Below, one piece after another: positions 45,595 to 54,980 of a DNA stretch of 64,000 nt. A program made the translations under genes and the position numbers. Below the pieces are notes generated by a model. The model made no database searches. It was not told where the DNA came from and saw nothing but the letters and a program-made list of their open reading frames with translations. Position 1 is the stretch's first letter; every line of letters begins with the position of its first letter. Origin of the DNA: Clostridia bacterium (GTDB lineage Bacteria; Bacillota; Clostridia; Oscillospirales; CAG-272); NCBI GenBank assembly GCA_017540175.1, contig JAFYBN010000059.1, forward strand, positions 3,768 to 67,767. The letters are read 5' to 3'.

Positions 45595-45611
45595 GGACAA
45601 AGAAAGTCAAA
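45595..45611 (+). promoter_or_regulatory. CtsR operator (heptad direct repeat) just downstream of the -10
   Basis: GGACAAA-GAA-AGTCAAA matches the published CtsR box (A/G)GTCAAA-NAN-(A/G)GTCAAA with one mismatch. Confidence 0.7.
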
Positions 45612-45710
45612 GTTAAAACCGAACACGCAGCCACAAGCGCCGAGGCAGACACAGAAGTGTCAGCGAACGCAAAGGCGGGGACGGAGACGGGGAAGAAGGG
45701 AGGAACAGGC

Positions 45711-46169
45711 ATGGTTTTGTCCGATCACATTGCCGCTCTGATCAACCGCATGCTCGAAGAAGGCGGCGGAAGCGCGGAGGTCAAACGGAACGAGCTGGCA
45801 CAGCAGCTCGGATGCGTGCCGAGCCAGATCTCCTACGTCATCACCTCGCGGTTCACGCCGGAACGCGGCTATGTCATCGATTCGCGCAGGGGCGGCGGCG
45901 GGTACATCCGCATTGTCCGCGTCCAGATGAGCCGGAACGGGTACCTGATGCACTTCTTTCAGGCGATCGGGCCGGCGGTCACCGCGGCGGAAGCGGAGGC
46001 TTACCTCAGAAACCTCTGCGAGCACGGCATCATGACCGAGCGGGAGGCAAAGGTCGCGCTCGGAACCATGAGTCAGGGCGCGCTCGCCGAATGCCCGCCG
46101 CAGAAGCGGGACGCCGTCCGCGCCGACATGCTGCGTCATGTGATCATGCTCTACATGATGCAGACCTGA
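45711..46169 (+). CDS. ctsR: Class III stress-gene transcriptional repressor CtsR
   Basis: MVLSDHIAALINRMLEE…VKRNELAQQLGCVPSQISYVITSRFTPERGYVIDSRRGGGGYIRI is a typical CtsR sequence. Start set at the ATG at 45711 (GGGAGGAAC RBS). Confidence 0.9.
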   Translation: MVLSDHIAALINRMLEEGGGSAEVKRNELAQQLGCVPSQISYVITSRFTPERGYVIDSRRGGGGYIRIVRVQMSRNGYLMHFFQAIGPAVTAAEAEAYLRNLCEHGIMTEREAKVALGTMSQGALAECPPQKRDAVRADMLRHVIMLYMMQT

Positions 46170-46218
46170 TCATCAGTCAACAATCAGTCAATTTATTACG
46201 GAAACGGAGGAACGAACT

Positions 46219-46848
46219 ATGCTCTGCGAAAAATGCAAGAAGAATGAAGCATCCTTTTATTATCACGAAAACGTCAACGGGAAAACCAAAACCTACCGCC
46301 TCTGCAAGGACTGCGCGGACGAGATGACCGAGAGCGGGGAACTGAAGGAGTTCGACGCCGACCGTTATTTCGAGGAATTCGATTCCTTCTTCAAGGATCC
46401 GTTCCGCTCGATGGACAATCTGCTCTCCGGCTTCTTCGGCGGCGAGAGAGCGGCGCTGGCGTCCGGCGGCAGACGCGAGGGAGAGGAGAAGGGCGAAGAA
46501 AAGAAATGCCCGAACTGCGGCATGACCATTTCCCAGTTCGCGCAGAATGGCAGGATCGGGTGCCCGAAGTGCTACGAGACCTTTGAAAAAGAACTCGCCC
46601 CGACCATCAGCCGCGTGCACGGGAGAGCCGCTCATGTGGGCCGCGCCCCGGCGAAGTTCCGCGAAAAGATCGATTTGAAGCGCAGGATCGAAAGCCTCGA
46701 AAACGAACAGCGGGAAGCCGTCCGCGGCGAGAACTATGAACGCGCTGCAGAGATCCGTGACGAGCTCAAAAAGCTCCGCGCCGCGGTGAACGGAAATCAC
46801 GCGGCAGAGACCGCCGAGCCCGCCGAGGGCGCGCAGCAGGCGGAATGA
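46219..46848 (+). CDS. mcsA: McsA (UvrB/UvrC-motif, zinc-finger activator of McsB)
   Basis: CEKC…CKDC and CPNCG…CPKC zinc-finger pairs plus a UVR motif ENYERAAEIRDELKKLR. Lies between ctsR and mcsB. Confidence 0.85.
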   Translation: MLCEKCKKNEASFYYHENVNGKTKTYRLCKDCADEMTESGELKEFDADRYFEEFDSFFKDPFRSMDNLLSGFFGGERAALASGGRREGEEKGEEKKCPNCGMTISQFAQNGRIGCPKCYETFEKELAPTISRVHGRAAHVGRAPAKFREKIDLKRRIESLENEQREAVRGENYERAAEIRDELKKLRAAVNGNHAAETAEPAEGAQQAE

Positions 46849-46877
46849 ACAAGAGCGACGAGGAAAGGAGAAAGACC

Positions 46878-47879
46878 ATGTGGTATAACGAAACCGGAAA
46901 AGACTGCGACGTTGTTCTCGCCTCGCGCGTCGCGCTGAACAGAAATCTCGAGGACTTCCCGTTCACCGACCGGATGACCGGAGAGCAGGCGAAAAAACTC
47001 GTTGAAACGGTGAAAGCCGTTTATCCCGAGGCCGACGGATGGACCTTTACCGATCTGGAGACCGCTGATGCCGAAACGAAGAAGCGCCTCGCGGAACAGA
47101 ATATCATCTCCCGCGAGCTTGCCGAAAAGAAGGGCGCGGCGGCGCTCTTTGAGAAGAACGGCGTGACCGTGACCGCGGGCGGGGAGGATCACGTCCGCAT
47201 CGAAGCGGTGCGGGCGGGCAATGATCTCGAAGGCGCGATGAACGCTGCCTTCGAGGCCGAAGCGCTGCTCGACGAAAAGACTTCCATCGCCTTTACCGAG
47301 CAGTTCGGCTACGTCACGCGCAATCCGGGCGAGCTTGGCACGGGCATGACGGCGTCCGCGACGCTGCACCTGCCCGTCAGCGCCGACACCGGCTGGCTCG
47401 GCAGGATCTCGTTCCGCCTCGCGAAGGACGGCATTTCCCTCCGCTCCGTGGACCGCGGCGGCGCGGCGACCGACGTGTACCTCGCGGCGAGCCGGGTCGC
47501 GATGGGTGTGGACGAGGACGGCATCCTGAAGCGGGTTTGTGATACCGTCGAAGCGCTCGTCTCGAAGGAACGCGAGCTGCGCGGCAAGCTGACCGAGGAA
47601 TATAAGGAAGATCTCGCCGAATACACGCGGCGCAGTTACGGCTCCCTGGTTTACGCCGAGCGCCTCGGCATGAGGGAACTCATGGGGATGTATTCGAGAA
47701 TGCGTCTCGCGGCATCCCTCGAGCTGGTCGGCATTCCGGTCGGACTCATCGATCAGGCGATGTTCGGCAGTCTGCCCCACACCATTTCCTGCGGCGCTGG
47801 CGAAGACGAGGACATCGGCAAAAAGCGCGCGGCATATGTCCGCGAGCTCATGAAAAAAGCGCCGATCTACGCCTCCTGA
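46878..47879 (+). CDS. mcsB: Protein arginine kinase McsB (ATP:guanido phosphotransferase family)
   Basis: …VVLASRVALNRNLEDFPF…, GELGTGMTASATLHLP phosphagen-kinase-like motif. Start set at the ATG at 46878 (GGAAAGGAGAAAG RBS). Confidence 0.85.
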   Translation: MWYNETGKDCDVVLASRVALNRNLEDFPFTDRMTGEQAKKLVETVKAVYPEADGWTFTDLETADAETKKRLAEQNIISRELAEKKGAAALFEKNGVTVTAGGEDHVRIEAVRAGNDLEGAMNAAFEAEALLDEKTSIAFTEQFGYVTRNPGELGTGMTASATLHLPVSADTGWLGRISFRLAKDGISLRSVDRGGAATDVYLAASRVAMGVDEDGILKRVCDTVEALVSKERELRGKLTEEYKEDLAEYTRRSYGSLVYAERLGMRELMGMYSRMRLAASLELVGIPVGLIDQAMFGSLPHTISCGAGEDEDIGKKRAAYVRELMKKAPIYAS

Positions 47880-47945
47880 CGGGACTCGCGCTCAAAACTG
47901 AATAGAAACGCTCCCTTTTTCCTATAATAGGAAGGGAACGGCAAA

Positions 47946-47969
47946 AGCCGGGTCAGCCCCGGCTTTTTT
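47946..47969 (+). terminator. Terminator-like hairpin between mcsB and clpC
   Basis: Stem agccggg/cccggct with a 5-nt loop, followed by tttttt and preceded by aaaa. Confidence 0.5.
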
Positions 47970-47999
47970 CTATGCGGACAGAGAAGAAAGGAAATCATT

Positions 48000-50420
48000 A
48001 TGACCGTCGGATTTACGAAGAGAGCGCGGGGCGCTTTGAACCGCGCGCTCGATCTCGCTTCGGATATGGGGCACGCCGCCGTGGGGAGCGAGCATCTTCT
48101 GCTCGGGCTCGCAGGAGAGCGCGACGGGATCGCGGCGCGTGTGCTCGAGGAACGGGGCGTCACCTTTGAAAAGATCAAGCGGCTGATCGGCGAGGCGCAG
48201 GGCATCGGCACGCCGACCGCGCTCACCCCCGCGGACATCACCCCCCGTGTGAAGCGGATCATCGAAGCGTCCGCGAGCATCGCGGTCGGCATGGGGCACG
48301 GCTATATCGGTACGGAGCACCTTCTGCTCGCCGTGACGGAGGAGGGGGAATGCGGCGCGAACCGGCTGATTCGGGAAGCGGGAGCCGCGCCGGAGGACGT
48401 CAAGCGCGGCATCCTCTCCTGCTTCGGCGTGGGGGAGAGCGGGGAGAGCAGAAAGAAAAAGTCCGACGACGGGCTTGGGGAAGCGCTCGGACTGTACGGC
48501 AGGAATCTGTGCCGCGCGGCGCGGGAAGGCAGACTCGATCCCATCATCGGACGGGAAGCGGAAACCGCGCGGCTCATTCAGATCCTGATGCGGCGCACGA
48601 AAAACAATCCCTGCCTGATCGGGGAGCCCGGCGTTGGAAAGACCGCGGTGGTGGAGGGACTGGCGCAGCGGATCGCGGACGGTCAGGTCCCCGAACCGCT
48701 CGAAAACCGGATCATCGTCACCCTCGATCTCTCCGCCATGGTCGCCGGGGCGAAATACCGCGGCGAATTCGAGGAGAGGATGAAAAACGTCCTTGCCGAG
48801 GCACGGAAAAATCCCGCTGTCATTCTGTTCATCGACGAACTGCACGTGATCGTCGGCGCGGGCGGCGCGGAGGGCGCGGTCGACGCTGCGAACATCATGA
48901 AGCCCGCGCTCGCGCGGGGGGAGATCCAGCTGATCGGCGCGACGACCGTCGACGAATACCGCCGCCGCATCGAAAAGGACGCCGCGCTCGAGAGGCGGTT
49001 CCAGTCCGTGCTCGTGAGCGAGCCGACACCGGAGGAAAGCGAGAAGATCCTCTTCGGACTGAGGGACAAATATGAGGCGCACCACAAGCTGAAAATCACC
49101 GACGCGGCGGTGCGGGCGGCGGTCTCCCTGTCCGTGCGCTATATCGGCGACCGGTTCCTGCCGGATAAGGCGATCGATCTCATCGACGAGGCGGCGAGCA
49201 AAAAGCGGACCGCGGGTTTTTCCGCGTCCCCGGACGTGCGCGAGCTCGAAAAATCCCTCAAGACCGTCGGCGCGGAGAAGGAGGAGGCGATCCTCGGGGA
49301 GGACTACGAGGGCGCTGCGCGGCTGAGGGATGAGGAAAAGCGCATCACTGATCGCCTGGCAGCACGCCGGAGTGACTCCGCCCTCCGCCCGCGGACCGCG
49401 GAGGTCACGGCGGACGACGTCGCACAGATCGTGACCGAATGGACGCGCATCCCCGTGAAGCAGCTTGCCGAGGAGGAAAGCGAACGGCTTCTGCACCTCG
49501 GCGAGCTTTTGAAGGAGAGGATCATCGGGCAGGACGAGGCGGCGGACAGCGTGGCGCGCGCCATCCGACGGGGAAGGGTCGGCGTGAGGGACCCGCGCCG
49601 CCCCATCGGGAGCTTTCTCTTTCTCGGCCCGACCGGGGTGGGGAAAACCGAGCTTTCCAAAGTACTCGCCGAGGTGCTGTTCGGGGACGCGGGCGCGATG
49701 ATTCGCGTGGATATGTCGGAATATATGGAAAGGCACAGCGTCTCGAAGCTCATCGGGTCGCCGCCCGGGTACGTCGGCTACGGAGAGGGCGGTCAGCTTA
49801 CGGAAAAGGTCCGCCGCCGTCCCTATTCCGTCGTCCTCTTCGACGAGATCGAAAAAGCGCATCCCGACGTGTTTCACGTGCTGCTGCAAATCCTCGAGGA
49901 CGGGTGTCTGACCGACTCCGAGGGCCGCCGCGCGGATTTCAAGAACACCGTGCTGATCATGACTTCGAACGTCGGCGCGGAACAGATCGCGGAGCCGAAG
50001 CGGATGGGCTTTCTCGACGACGAAGGCGCGGACCGGGAAAACGAAAAAATGCGCGTGCGCGTGAAGGATGCACTGAAACGCGTCTTCCGTCCCGAGTTCC
50101 TCAACCGGATCGACGAGACGATCATCTTCAACAAGCTCTCGGGCGCGGACATCGAAAAAATCGCCGGGCTCATGCTCGGCGAGGTAAAAAAGCGGATCGA
50201 AGCGCTGGGGATCGACGTGAGCTTCGACAGCGAGGTCGTCGCGGCTCTCGCGCGGGAGGGCTTCGATCCCGTCTGCGGGGCGCGTCCTCTGCGCAGAGTC
50301 ATCGTGCGGCGGGTCGAGGATTCGTTTTCCGAGGCTCTCTTGACCGGAGAGGTGAAGCCGGGAGAGCGGGTGAGGGCGGTGCTTGCCGAAGAGGGGATCC
50401 GATACAAAAGAGAGGACTGA
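48000..50420 (+). CDS. clpC: ATP-dependent Clp protease ATP-binding subunit ClpC
   Basis: Clp_N repeats (GSEHLLLGL / GTEHLLLAV), two AAA+ modules (GEPGVGKTA; GPTGVGKTE), UVR-like linker. 806 aa. Confidence 0.93.
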   Translation: MTVGFTKRARGALNRALDLASDMGHAAVGSEHLLLGLAGERDGIAARVLEERGVTFEKIKRLIGEAQGIGTPTALTPADITPRVKRIIEASASIAVGMGHGYIGTEHLLLAVTEEGECGANRLIREAGAAPEDVKRGILSCFGVGESGESRKKKSDDGLGEALGLYGRNLCRAAREGRLDPIIGREAETARLIQILMRRTKNNPCLIGEPGVGKTAVVEGLAQRIADGQVPEPLENRIIVTLDLSAMVAGAKYRGEFEERMKNVLAEARKNPAVILFIDELHVIVGAGGAEGAVDAANIMKPALARGEIQLIGATTVDEYRRRIEKDAALERRFQSVLVSEPTPEESEKILFGLRDKYEAHHKLKITDAAVRAAVSLSVRYIGDRFLPDKAIDLIDEAASKKRTAGFSASPDVRELEKSLKTVGAEKEEAILGEDYEGAARLRDEEKRITDRLAARRSDSALRPRTAEVTADDVAQIVTEWTRIPVKQLAEEESERLLHLGELLKERIIGQDEAADSVARAIRRGRVGVRDPRRPIGSFLFLGPTGVGKTELSKVLAEVLFGDAGAMIRVDMSEYMERHSVSKLIGSPPGYVGYGEGGQLTEKVRRRPYSVVLFDEIEKAHPDVFHVLLQILEDGCLTDSEGRRADFKNTVLIMTSNVGAEQIAEPKRMGFLDDEGADRENEKMRVRVKDALKRVFRPEFLNRIDETIIFNKLSGADIEKIAGLMLGEVKKRIEALGIDVSFDSEVVAALAREGFDPVCGARPLRRVIVRRVEDSFSEALLTGEVKPGERVRAVLAEEGIRYKRED

Positions 50421-50466
50421 GGCGACGCGATTTTTCGCCGCTCCTCCGCGTTCACACGTCAAACTG

Positions 50467-50495
50467 TTGAAATCGATCCGTAATTGTTCTATAAT
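50467..50495 (+). promoter_or_regulatory. Sigma-70 promoter for the repeat lipoprotein gene
   Basis: TTGAAA (50467-50472), 17 nt spacer, TATAAT (50490-50495). Confidence 0.55.
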
Positions 50496-50571
50496 AATTG
50501 CGGTAAAACGCCGCGGGGACAGGAACGCGCCCGCCCGCGCGGCGTCAGAATTTCTCAAAAAGGGGATCGTC

Positions 50572-51930
50572 ATGAGAAAGCCGTTTCTGATTATCCTCGC
50601 GCTGACCCTGTGTCTGAGCCTCGCCAGCTCCTGCGGCAAGTCGGAGCAAAAGCCCGACACGCAGCCTAAGACCGATGAAACGCCGAAGGCCGATGCGCCT
50701 GCAGCCGAAGAACCCGCAGCGGAAGAACCTGCTGTCGAACCGGAACAGCCTGCCGAAGAACCGGCTGCCGAAGAGCCGGCCGCCGAGGAACCTGCCGCAG
50801 AGGAACCGGCTGCCGAGGCCGCCGGATCCGGCTTTGATGGCGTCGAAATCCCCGCGGACGGCGTCATCCGGACCGCCGCGGAACTCGGCAAGGTCCTCAC
50901 CGACGGCGATCTTGCCGGTCAGTACAAGGTGGAGGCGTCCGAACTCGATATGAGCGGGATCCTTTACGGCTCGCTCGGCAGAGAAGACGCGCCGTTCACC
51001 GGCTCCTTCGACTTCGGCGGATGCACGCTGAAGAATCTGTACCGACCCCTCTTCCTCTATACCTCCGGGGCGGAGATCCGCAATCTGAAGATTGCCGACA
51101 CAAAGATCGTCAACGAGGATGAAATCCCCGAGGATATGATCCGCTGGGGACTCGTCGTTTCCGACGCGACGGATACCGGCATCACCGACGTTGAAATCGC
51201 GGACACCGTGGATCTCTACGTCTGCATCTACACGAACGACGCCTGCGTCGGCGGGATCGTCGGACACGCCGCCGGAAACTGCGAATTCGTCCGCCTCAGC
51301 AGCGCGGCGAAGGTTGCGACCGAAAGCATGAAAGTTTTCGTCTCGCCTCTGGTCGGGTGGTTCGAGGGCTCCGGCAACGATACCGCCCTCATGGACAGCT
51401 GCGTCTTCACGGGCACGCTCGATGACACCGCGGTCGGAAACGACTCGAAGGTCGGCGGCATCGCGGGCACTCTCGGCGACGCGACGGTTGTCAACTGCGC
51501 GAACTACGGCAAGATCACGAGCACCGACGGCGGTCAGTGCGCGGGCGTGGTCGGCTGGGCGTGCGGCAGCGGATACTACATGGAAAACTGCCTGAACGCG
51601 GGTGCGGTGGACGGCGGCACCTTCACGGGCGGCGTCATGGGCTATTCCAACCGCGCGGCGGGCGAGATGGTTCTCTGCGTCAACGTCGGCGAGGTCGTCG
51701 GAGCCAATCCCGACAACACGGGCGCGATCGGCGGTCTGATCAAGAACACGGAAACATGGTCCTTCTGCTACTGGACGGAGGACAACTGCGCGGTCGGCTA
51801 TAATACCACCGGAAACGCGTCGATCACCGATTTCGAAGCATGCGCGGACACAGCGGCAGCCATGAGCGCGGCGGCCGCCTCGGGCGGTGAGTTCACGATG
51901 GACGGAGACCGCGTCGTCATCAATCCGTGA
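50572..51930 (+). CDS. Surface lipoprotein with a (P-A-A-E-E)n linker and a GLUG-like beta-helical repeat domain
   Basis: Start at the ATG at 50572. Lipobox LASSC. Repeats such as VGGIVGHAAGN, VGGIAGTLGDATVVNCANYG, CAGVVGWACG and TGGVMGYSN. Confidence 0.65.
   Translation: MRKPFLIILALTLCLSLASSCGKSEQKPDTQPKTDETPKADAPAAEEPAAEEPAVEPEQPAEEPAAEEPAAEEPAAEEPAAEAAGSGFDGVEIPADGVIRTAAELGKVLTDGDLAGQYKVEASELDMSGILYGSLGREDAPFTGSFDFGGCTLKNLYRPLFLYTSGAEIRNLKIADTKIVNEDEIPEDMIRWGLVVSDATDTGITDVEIADTVDLYVCIYTNDACVGGIVGHAAGNCEFVRLSSAAKVATESMKVFVSPLVGWFEGSGNDTALMDSCVFTGTLDDTAVGNDSKVGGIAGTLGDATVVNCANYGKITSTDGGQCAGVVGWACGSGYYMENCLNAGAVDGGTFTGGVMGYSNRAAGEMVLCVNVGEVVGANPDNTGAIGGLIKNTETWSFCYWTEDNCAVGYNTTGNASITDFEACADTAAAMSAAAASGGEFTMDGDRVVINP
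50698..50820 (+). repeat. About 8 imperfect 15-bp in-frame tandem repeats encoding PAAEE-type pentapeptides
   Basis: cct gca gcc gaa gaa / ccc gca gcg gaa gaa / … read directly from the sequence. Confidence 0.85.
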
Positions 51931-51968
51931 CCGCGGCAAGGCAAAACAGAATACGCGAGCAAATCGAA

Positions 51969-52006
51969 AGGGGACGTCCGGTGAGGCGTCCCCTGTACGT
52001 TTTTTT
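51969..52006. terminator. Terminator between the convergent lipoprotein and paaK genes
   Basis: 8-bp stem aggggacg/cgtcccct, then gtacg + ttttttt. Confidence 0.7.
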
Positions 52007-52014
52007 GATCGGGA

Positions 52015-53316
52015 TCAATACAGCTTTCTCTTGTCGATGACGCGGACGGCCTTGCCTTCGCTTCTCGTGATGGACTTCGGCGCGACAAGGTGGATGCGGG
52101 CGGTGATGCCAAGCATGGCGCGCATGGCGTTCACGAGCTCGTTTTCCTTCTTCGTGATCGCGGCGACGGTGTCGGAGAAGATGTCGGGCGTCATTTCGAC
52201 TTCGACGTCGAGAGTGTCCGAATTGTTCACGCGGTCGACGATGATCTGGTAGTTCGCCGGCATGCCGTTGTTGAGCAGAACTGTCTCGATCTGGGACGGG
52301 AAGACGTTCACGCCGCGCACGATGAGCATGTCGTCCGAGCGGCCCATGGGCTTGGACATGCGGATGTGCGTCCGGCCGCAGGAGCAGGGCTGTGCGTTCA
52401 GCACGCAGATGTCGCGCGTCCGGTAGCGGATCATCGGGAAGGCTTCCTTCGTCAGAGCGGTGAAGACCAGCTCGCCCTTCGTGCCGTAGGGAAGAACTTC
52501 TTCGGTGATGGGGTCGATGATTTCGGCGATGAAGTGGTCCTCGTTGATGTGCATGCCGTGCTGTTCTTCGCACTCGAACGCGACGCCGGGGCCGGAGATC
52601 TCGGTCAGACCGTAGATGTCATACGCCTTCAGCCCGAGCTTCGCTTCGATGTCGTGCCGCATTTCCTCGGTCCACGCCTCCGCGCCGAAGATGCCCGCCT
52701 TGAGCTTCAGCTTGTCCGTCAGCCCCGCTTCGATGGCAGATTCGGCGAGATAAGCGGCATAGGACGGCGTGCAGCAGAGGATGGTCGCGCCGAGGTCGGT
52801 CATGAACTGCAGCTGGCGCTCGGTATTGCCGGAGGACATGGGAAGGGTGAGACAGCCGACGCGGTGGGAGCCGCCGTTGAGACCGGGACCGCCCGTGAAG
52901 AGACCGTAGCCGTAGCAGACCTGGCAGACGTCCTCGTTCGTTCCGCCCGCGGCAACGATGGCGCGCGCGCAGCAGTCCTCCCAAAGGTCGATGTCATGCT
53001 GGGTATAGAACGCGACGACACGGCGGCCGGTCGTGCCGGACGTGGACTGGATGCGGACGCACTCCTTGAGGGGTTTCGCGAGCAGACCGTAGGGGTAGGC
53101 GTCTCTCAGATCGGCCTTCGAGAGGAAGGGCAGCTTCGACAGGTCTTCGATGCCGCGGATATCCTCGGGCGTGACACCCTTCGCCTGCATTTTTTCACGG
53201 TAATAAGGAACATTGTCCCACACGTGGCGGATCTGACGGACAAGGCGCTCGCTCTGAAGCTCATGGAGCTGTTCGCGGGGCATGGTTTCGATCTCGGGAT
53301 GGAAATATCTTTTCAT
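52015..53316 (-). CDS. paaK: Phenylacetate--CoA ligase family protein
   Basis: MKRYFHPEIETMPREQLHELQSERL…VPYYREKM…LSKLPFLSKADLRDAYPYGL…SSGTTG is a typical PaaK N-terminus. Start set at the ATG at 53316 (GGAGAC RBS). Confidence 0.85.
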   Translation of the reverse strand: MKRYFHPEIETMPREQLHELQSERLVRQIRHVWDNVPYYREKMQAKGVTPEDIRGIEDLSKLPFLSKADLRDAYPYGLLAKPLKECVRIQSTSGTTGRRVVAFYTQHDIDLWEDCCARAIVAAGGTNEDVCQVCYGYGLFTGGPGLNGGSHRVGCLTLPMSSGNTERQLQFMTDLGATILCCTPSYAAYLAESAIEAGLTDKLKLKAGIFGAEAWTEEMRHDIEAKLGLKAYDIYGLTEISGPGVAFECEEQHGMHINEDHFIAEIIDPITEEVLPYGTKGELVFTALTKEAFPMIRYRTRDICVLNAQPCSCGRTHIRMSKPMGRSDDMLIVRGVNVFPSQIETVLLNNGMPANYQIIVDRVNNSDTLDVEVEMTPDIFSDTVAAITKKENELVNAMRAMLGITARIHLVAPKSITRSEGKAVRVIDKRKLY

Positions 53317-53377
53317 CGGCGTCTCCGTTCGAATGACTGCATGGCGGTTATGCAGATTTTCGGTATAATATACGAGT

Positions 53378-53406
53378 ATTATACACCGCACACGAGAGAG
53401 TGTCAA
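53378..53406 (-). promoter_or_regulatory. Sigma-70 promoter for paaK
   Basis: Minus strand: TTGACA (53406-53401), 17 nt spacer, TATAAT (53383-53378). Confidence 0.6.
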
Positions 53407-53434
53407 GCGTTTTGTAGATTTCAAAAGCGAGAAC

Positions 53435-53463
53435 TTGTCAAGCGAAAAGAAATATGCTATAAT
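53435..53463 (+). promoter_or_regulatory. Sigma-70 promoter for the aroE-aroK fusion gene
   Basis: TTGTCA (53435-53440), 17 nt spacer, TATAAT (53458-53463) with TGc extended -10. Confidence 0.6.
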
Positions 53464-53504
53464 GCAATTTGCATAAATTCGCCTGTTTCGGAAGGAGAAG
53501 CCCC

Positions 53505-54758
53505 ATGATCCACCGCAAAGAACTGCGCTGCGGACTGATCGGAAACCCGCTCGGACACAGCTATTCCCCCGAGATCCACGCCCTGCTCGCGGATTACGAG
53601 TACCGGCTTTTCCCGCTTGAAGAGGAGGAGGTGGCCCCGTTCCTTGCCGCGCGCGCGTTCGACGCGATCAATGTGACGATCCCGTACAAGAAAACCGTCA
53701 TGCCGTATTTAGACGAGATCTCCCCCGAAGCGCGGCGCATCGGCTCCGTGAACACGATCGTCCGGGACGGGGACGGGCGGCTTCTCGGGTATAATACGGA
53801 TTACGCGGGATTTTCGTTCATGCTCCGCCGGCGCGGCATCGCGCTCTCGGGAAAGAAGGTCCTCATTCTCGGCAGCGGGGGCGCGTGCGCGACGGTGAAG
53901 ACGGTCGCGGAGGACGCGGGCGCGGAATCGGTCACGGTGATCGGCAGGCGCGACAACAACCCGCAGACCCTCGTGCTCCACGCGGGCGCGGAGGTCCTCA
54001 TCAACACCACACCGGTCGGCATGTTTCCGAACAACGGCCAAAGCCCGGTCGACCTCTCGCTTTTCCCCCGTCTCGAGGCTGTCGCGGACGTGATCTACAA
54101 CCCGGCGCGGACCGCCCTGATCCTCGACGCGGAACAGAAGGGCGTCAAAACCGCGTCCGGGCTTCCCATGCTGGTCGCGCAGGCCAAGGCGGCGGCGGAG
54201 CTGTTTACCGGGGAGCATGTCCCGGACGAGGAGACGGAGCGGATCATCCGCGCCGTTTCCCTCGTCAAGCGGAACATCGCGCTCATCGGTATGCCCGGGG
54301 CGGGGAAATCCACCCTCGGACGAGCGCTCGCCCGGCAGCTCGGCCGGGATTTCGTCGATCTGGACGACGAGATCGTGAAAGCCGCGGGCAAGCCGATCCC
54401 CGAAATCTTCGCGGAGGACGGCGAACCGGCTTTCCGGGACCTCGAAAGCGCGTGTCTCGCACAGATCTCTGCGCGTTCATCCCTTGTGATCGCGACGGGG
54501 GGCGGCGCGGTGATCCGCGCGGAAAACCGGAGACTGCTCAGGCAGAACAGCACGGCGGTGCTTCTGCGCCGACCGCTCGGCGAACTGGATTCCAACGGCA
54601 GACCCCTGTCGAAGCTGCATTCGGCGGAGGAACTGTGGGCGGCGCGGCGTGCGTATTACGAAAGCGCCGCGGACGCCGAGATCACGGTCGAGCCCGACGT
54701 CTCCCGCTCGCTCGAAAAATTGCTCGCGGCGATCGAGGCGGCGGACGCGGACGCGTGA
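53505..54758 (+). CDS. Bifunctional shikimate dehydrogenase (N-terminal) / shikimate kinase (C-terminal) fusion
   Basis: AroE motifs (GLIGNPLGHSYSPEIH, NVTIPYK, GYNTDY, GSGGA). AroK motifs (IALIGMPGAGKSTLGRALA…DLD…FRDLE…ATGGG). Start at the ATG at 53505 (GGAAGGAGAAG RBS). Confidence 0.85.
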   Translation: MIHRKELRCGLIGNPLGHSYSPEIHALLADYEYRLFPLEEEEVAPFLAARAFDAINVTIPYKKTVMPYLDEISPEARRIGSVNTIVRDGDGRLLGYNTDYAGFSFMLRRRGIALSGKKVLILGSGGACATVKTVAEDAGAESVTVIGRRDNNPQTLVLHAGAEVLINTTPVGMFPNNGQSPVDLSLFPRLEAVADVIYNPARTALILDAEQKGVKTASGLPMLVAQAKAAAELFTGEHVPDEETERIIRAVSLVKRNIALIGMPGAGKSTLGRALARQLGRDFVDLDDEIVKAAGKPIPEIFAEDGEPAFRDLESACLAQISARSSLVIATGGGAVIRAENRRLLRQNSTAVLLRRPLGELDSNGRPLSKLHSAEELWAARRAYYESAADAEITVEPDVSRSLEKLLAAIEAADADA

Positions 54759-54836
54759 GGGGAGGGGTCCCGCTGACGCGGGGATAACGGAACGAATGCT
54801 TCGTTTCAAAGAGACCGTTTTCCCCTTGCCTCGCCG

Positions 54837-54980
54837 GTGCGACTGCCGTGCCGACGCAGTCGCACTTGGCACGCGGGAGAGGTGTCACCGTCGTGAGACG
54901 GTGACGGAGAGGAGAACCACAGAGGTTGTAATATTTGACCCTCTCAGTCAGCTTCGCTGACAGCTCCCCCGGAGGGGGAG
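54837..54980. repeat. Cluster of four near-perfect hairpins (REP-like intergenic element / bidirectional terminator region)
   Basis: Hairpin 1: gtgcgactgc/gcagtcgcac (54837-54865). Hairpin 2: gtcaccgtc-GTGA-gacggtgac (54884-54905). Hairpin 3: gtcagc-ttc-gctgac (54945-54959). Hairpin 4: ctccccc-gga-gggggag (54964-54980). Confidence 0.7.

Noticed and set aside
47970-50900. 976-aa minus-strand ORF opposite clpC
   Set aside because: ClpC on the plus strand is unambiguous. The antisense ORF begins with poly-(SSAAG) translated from the PAAEE repeat and has no motifs.
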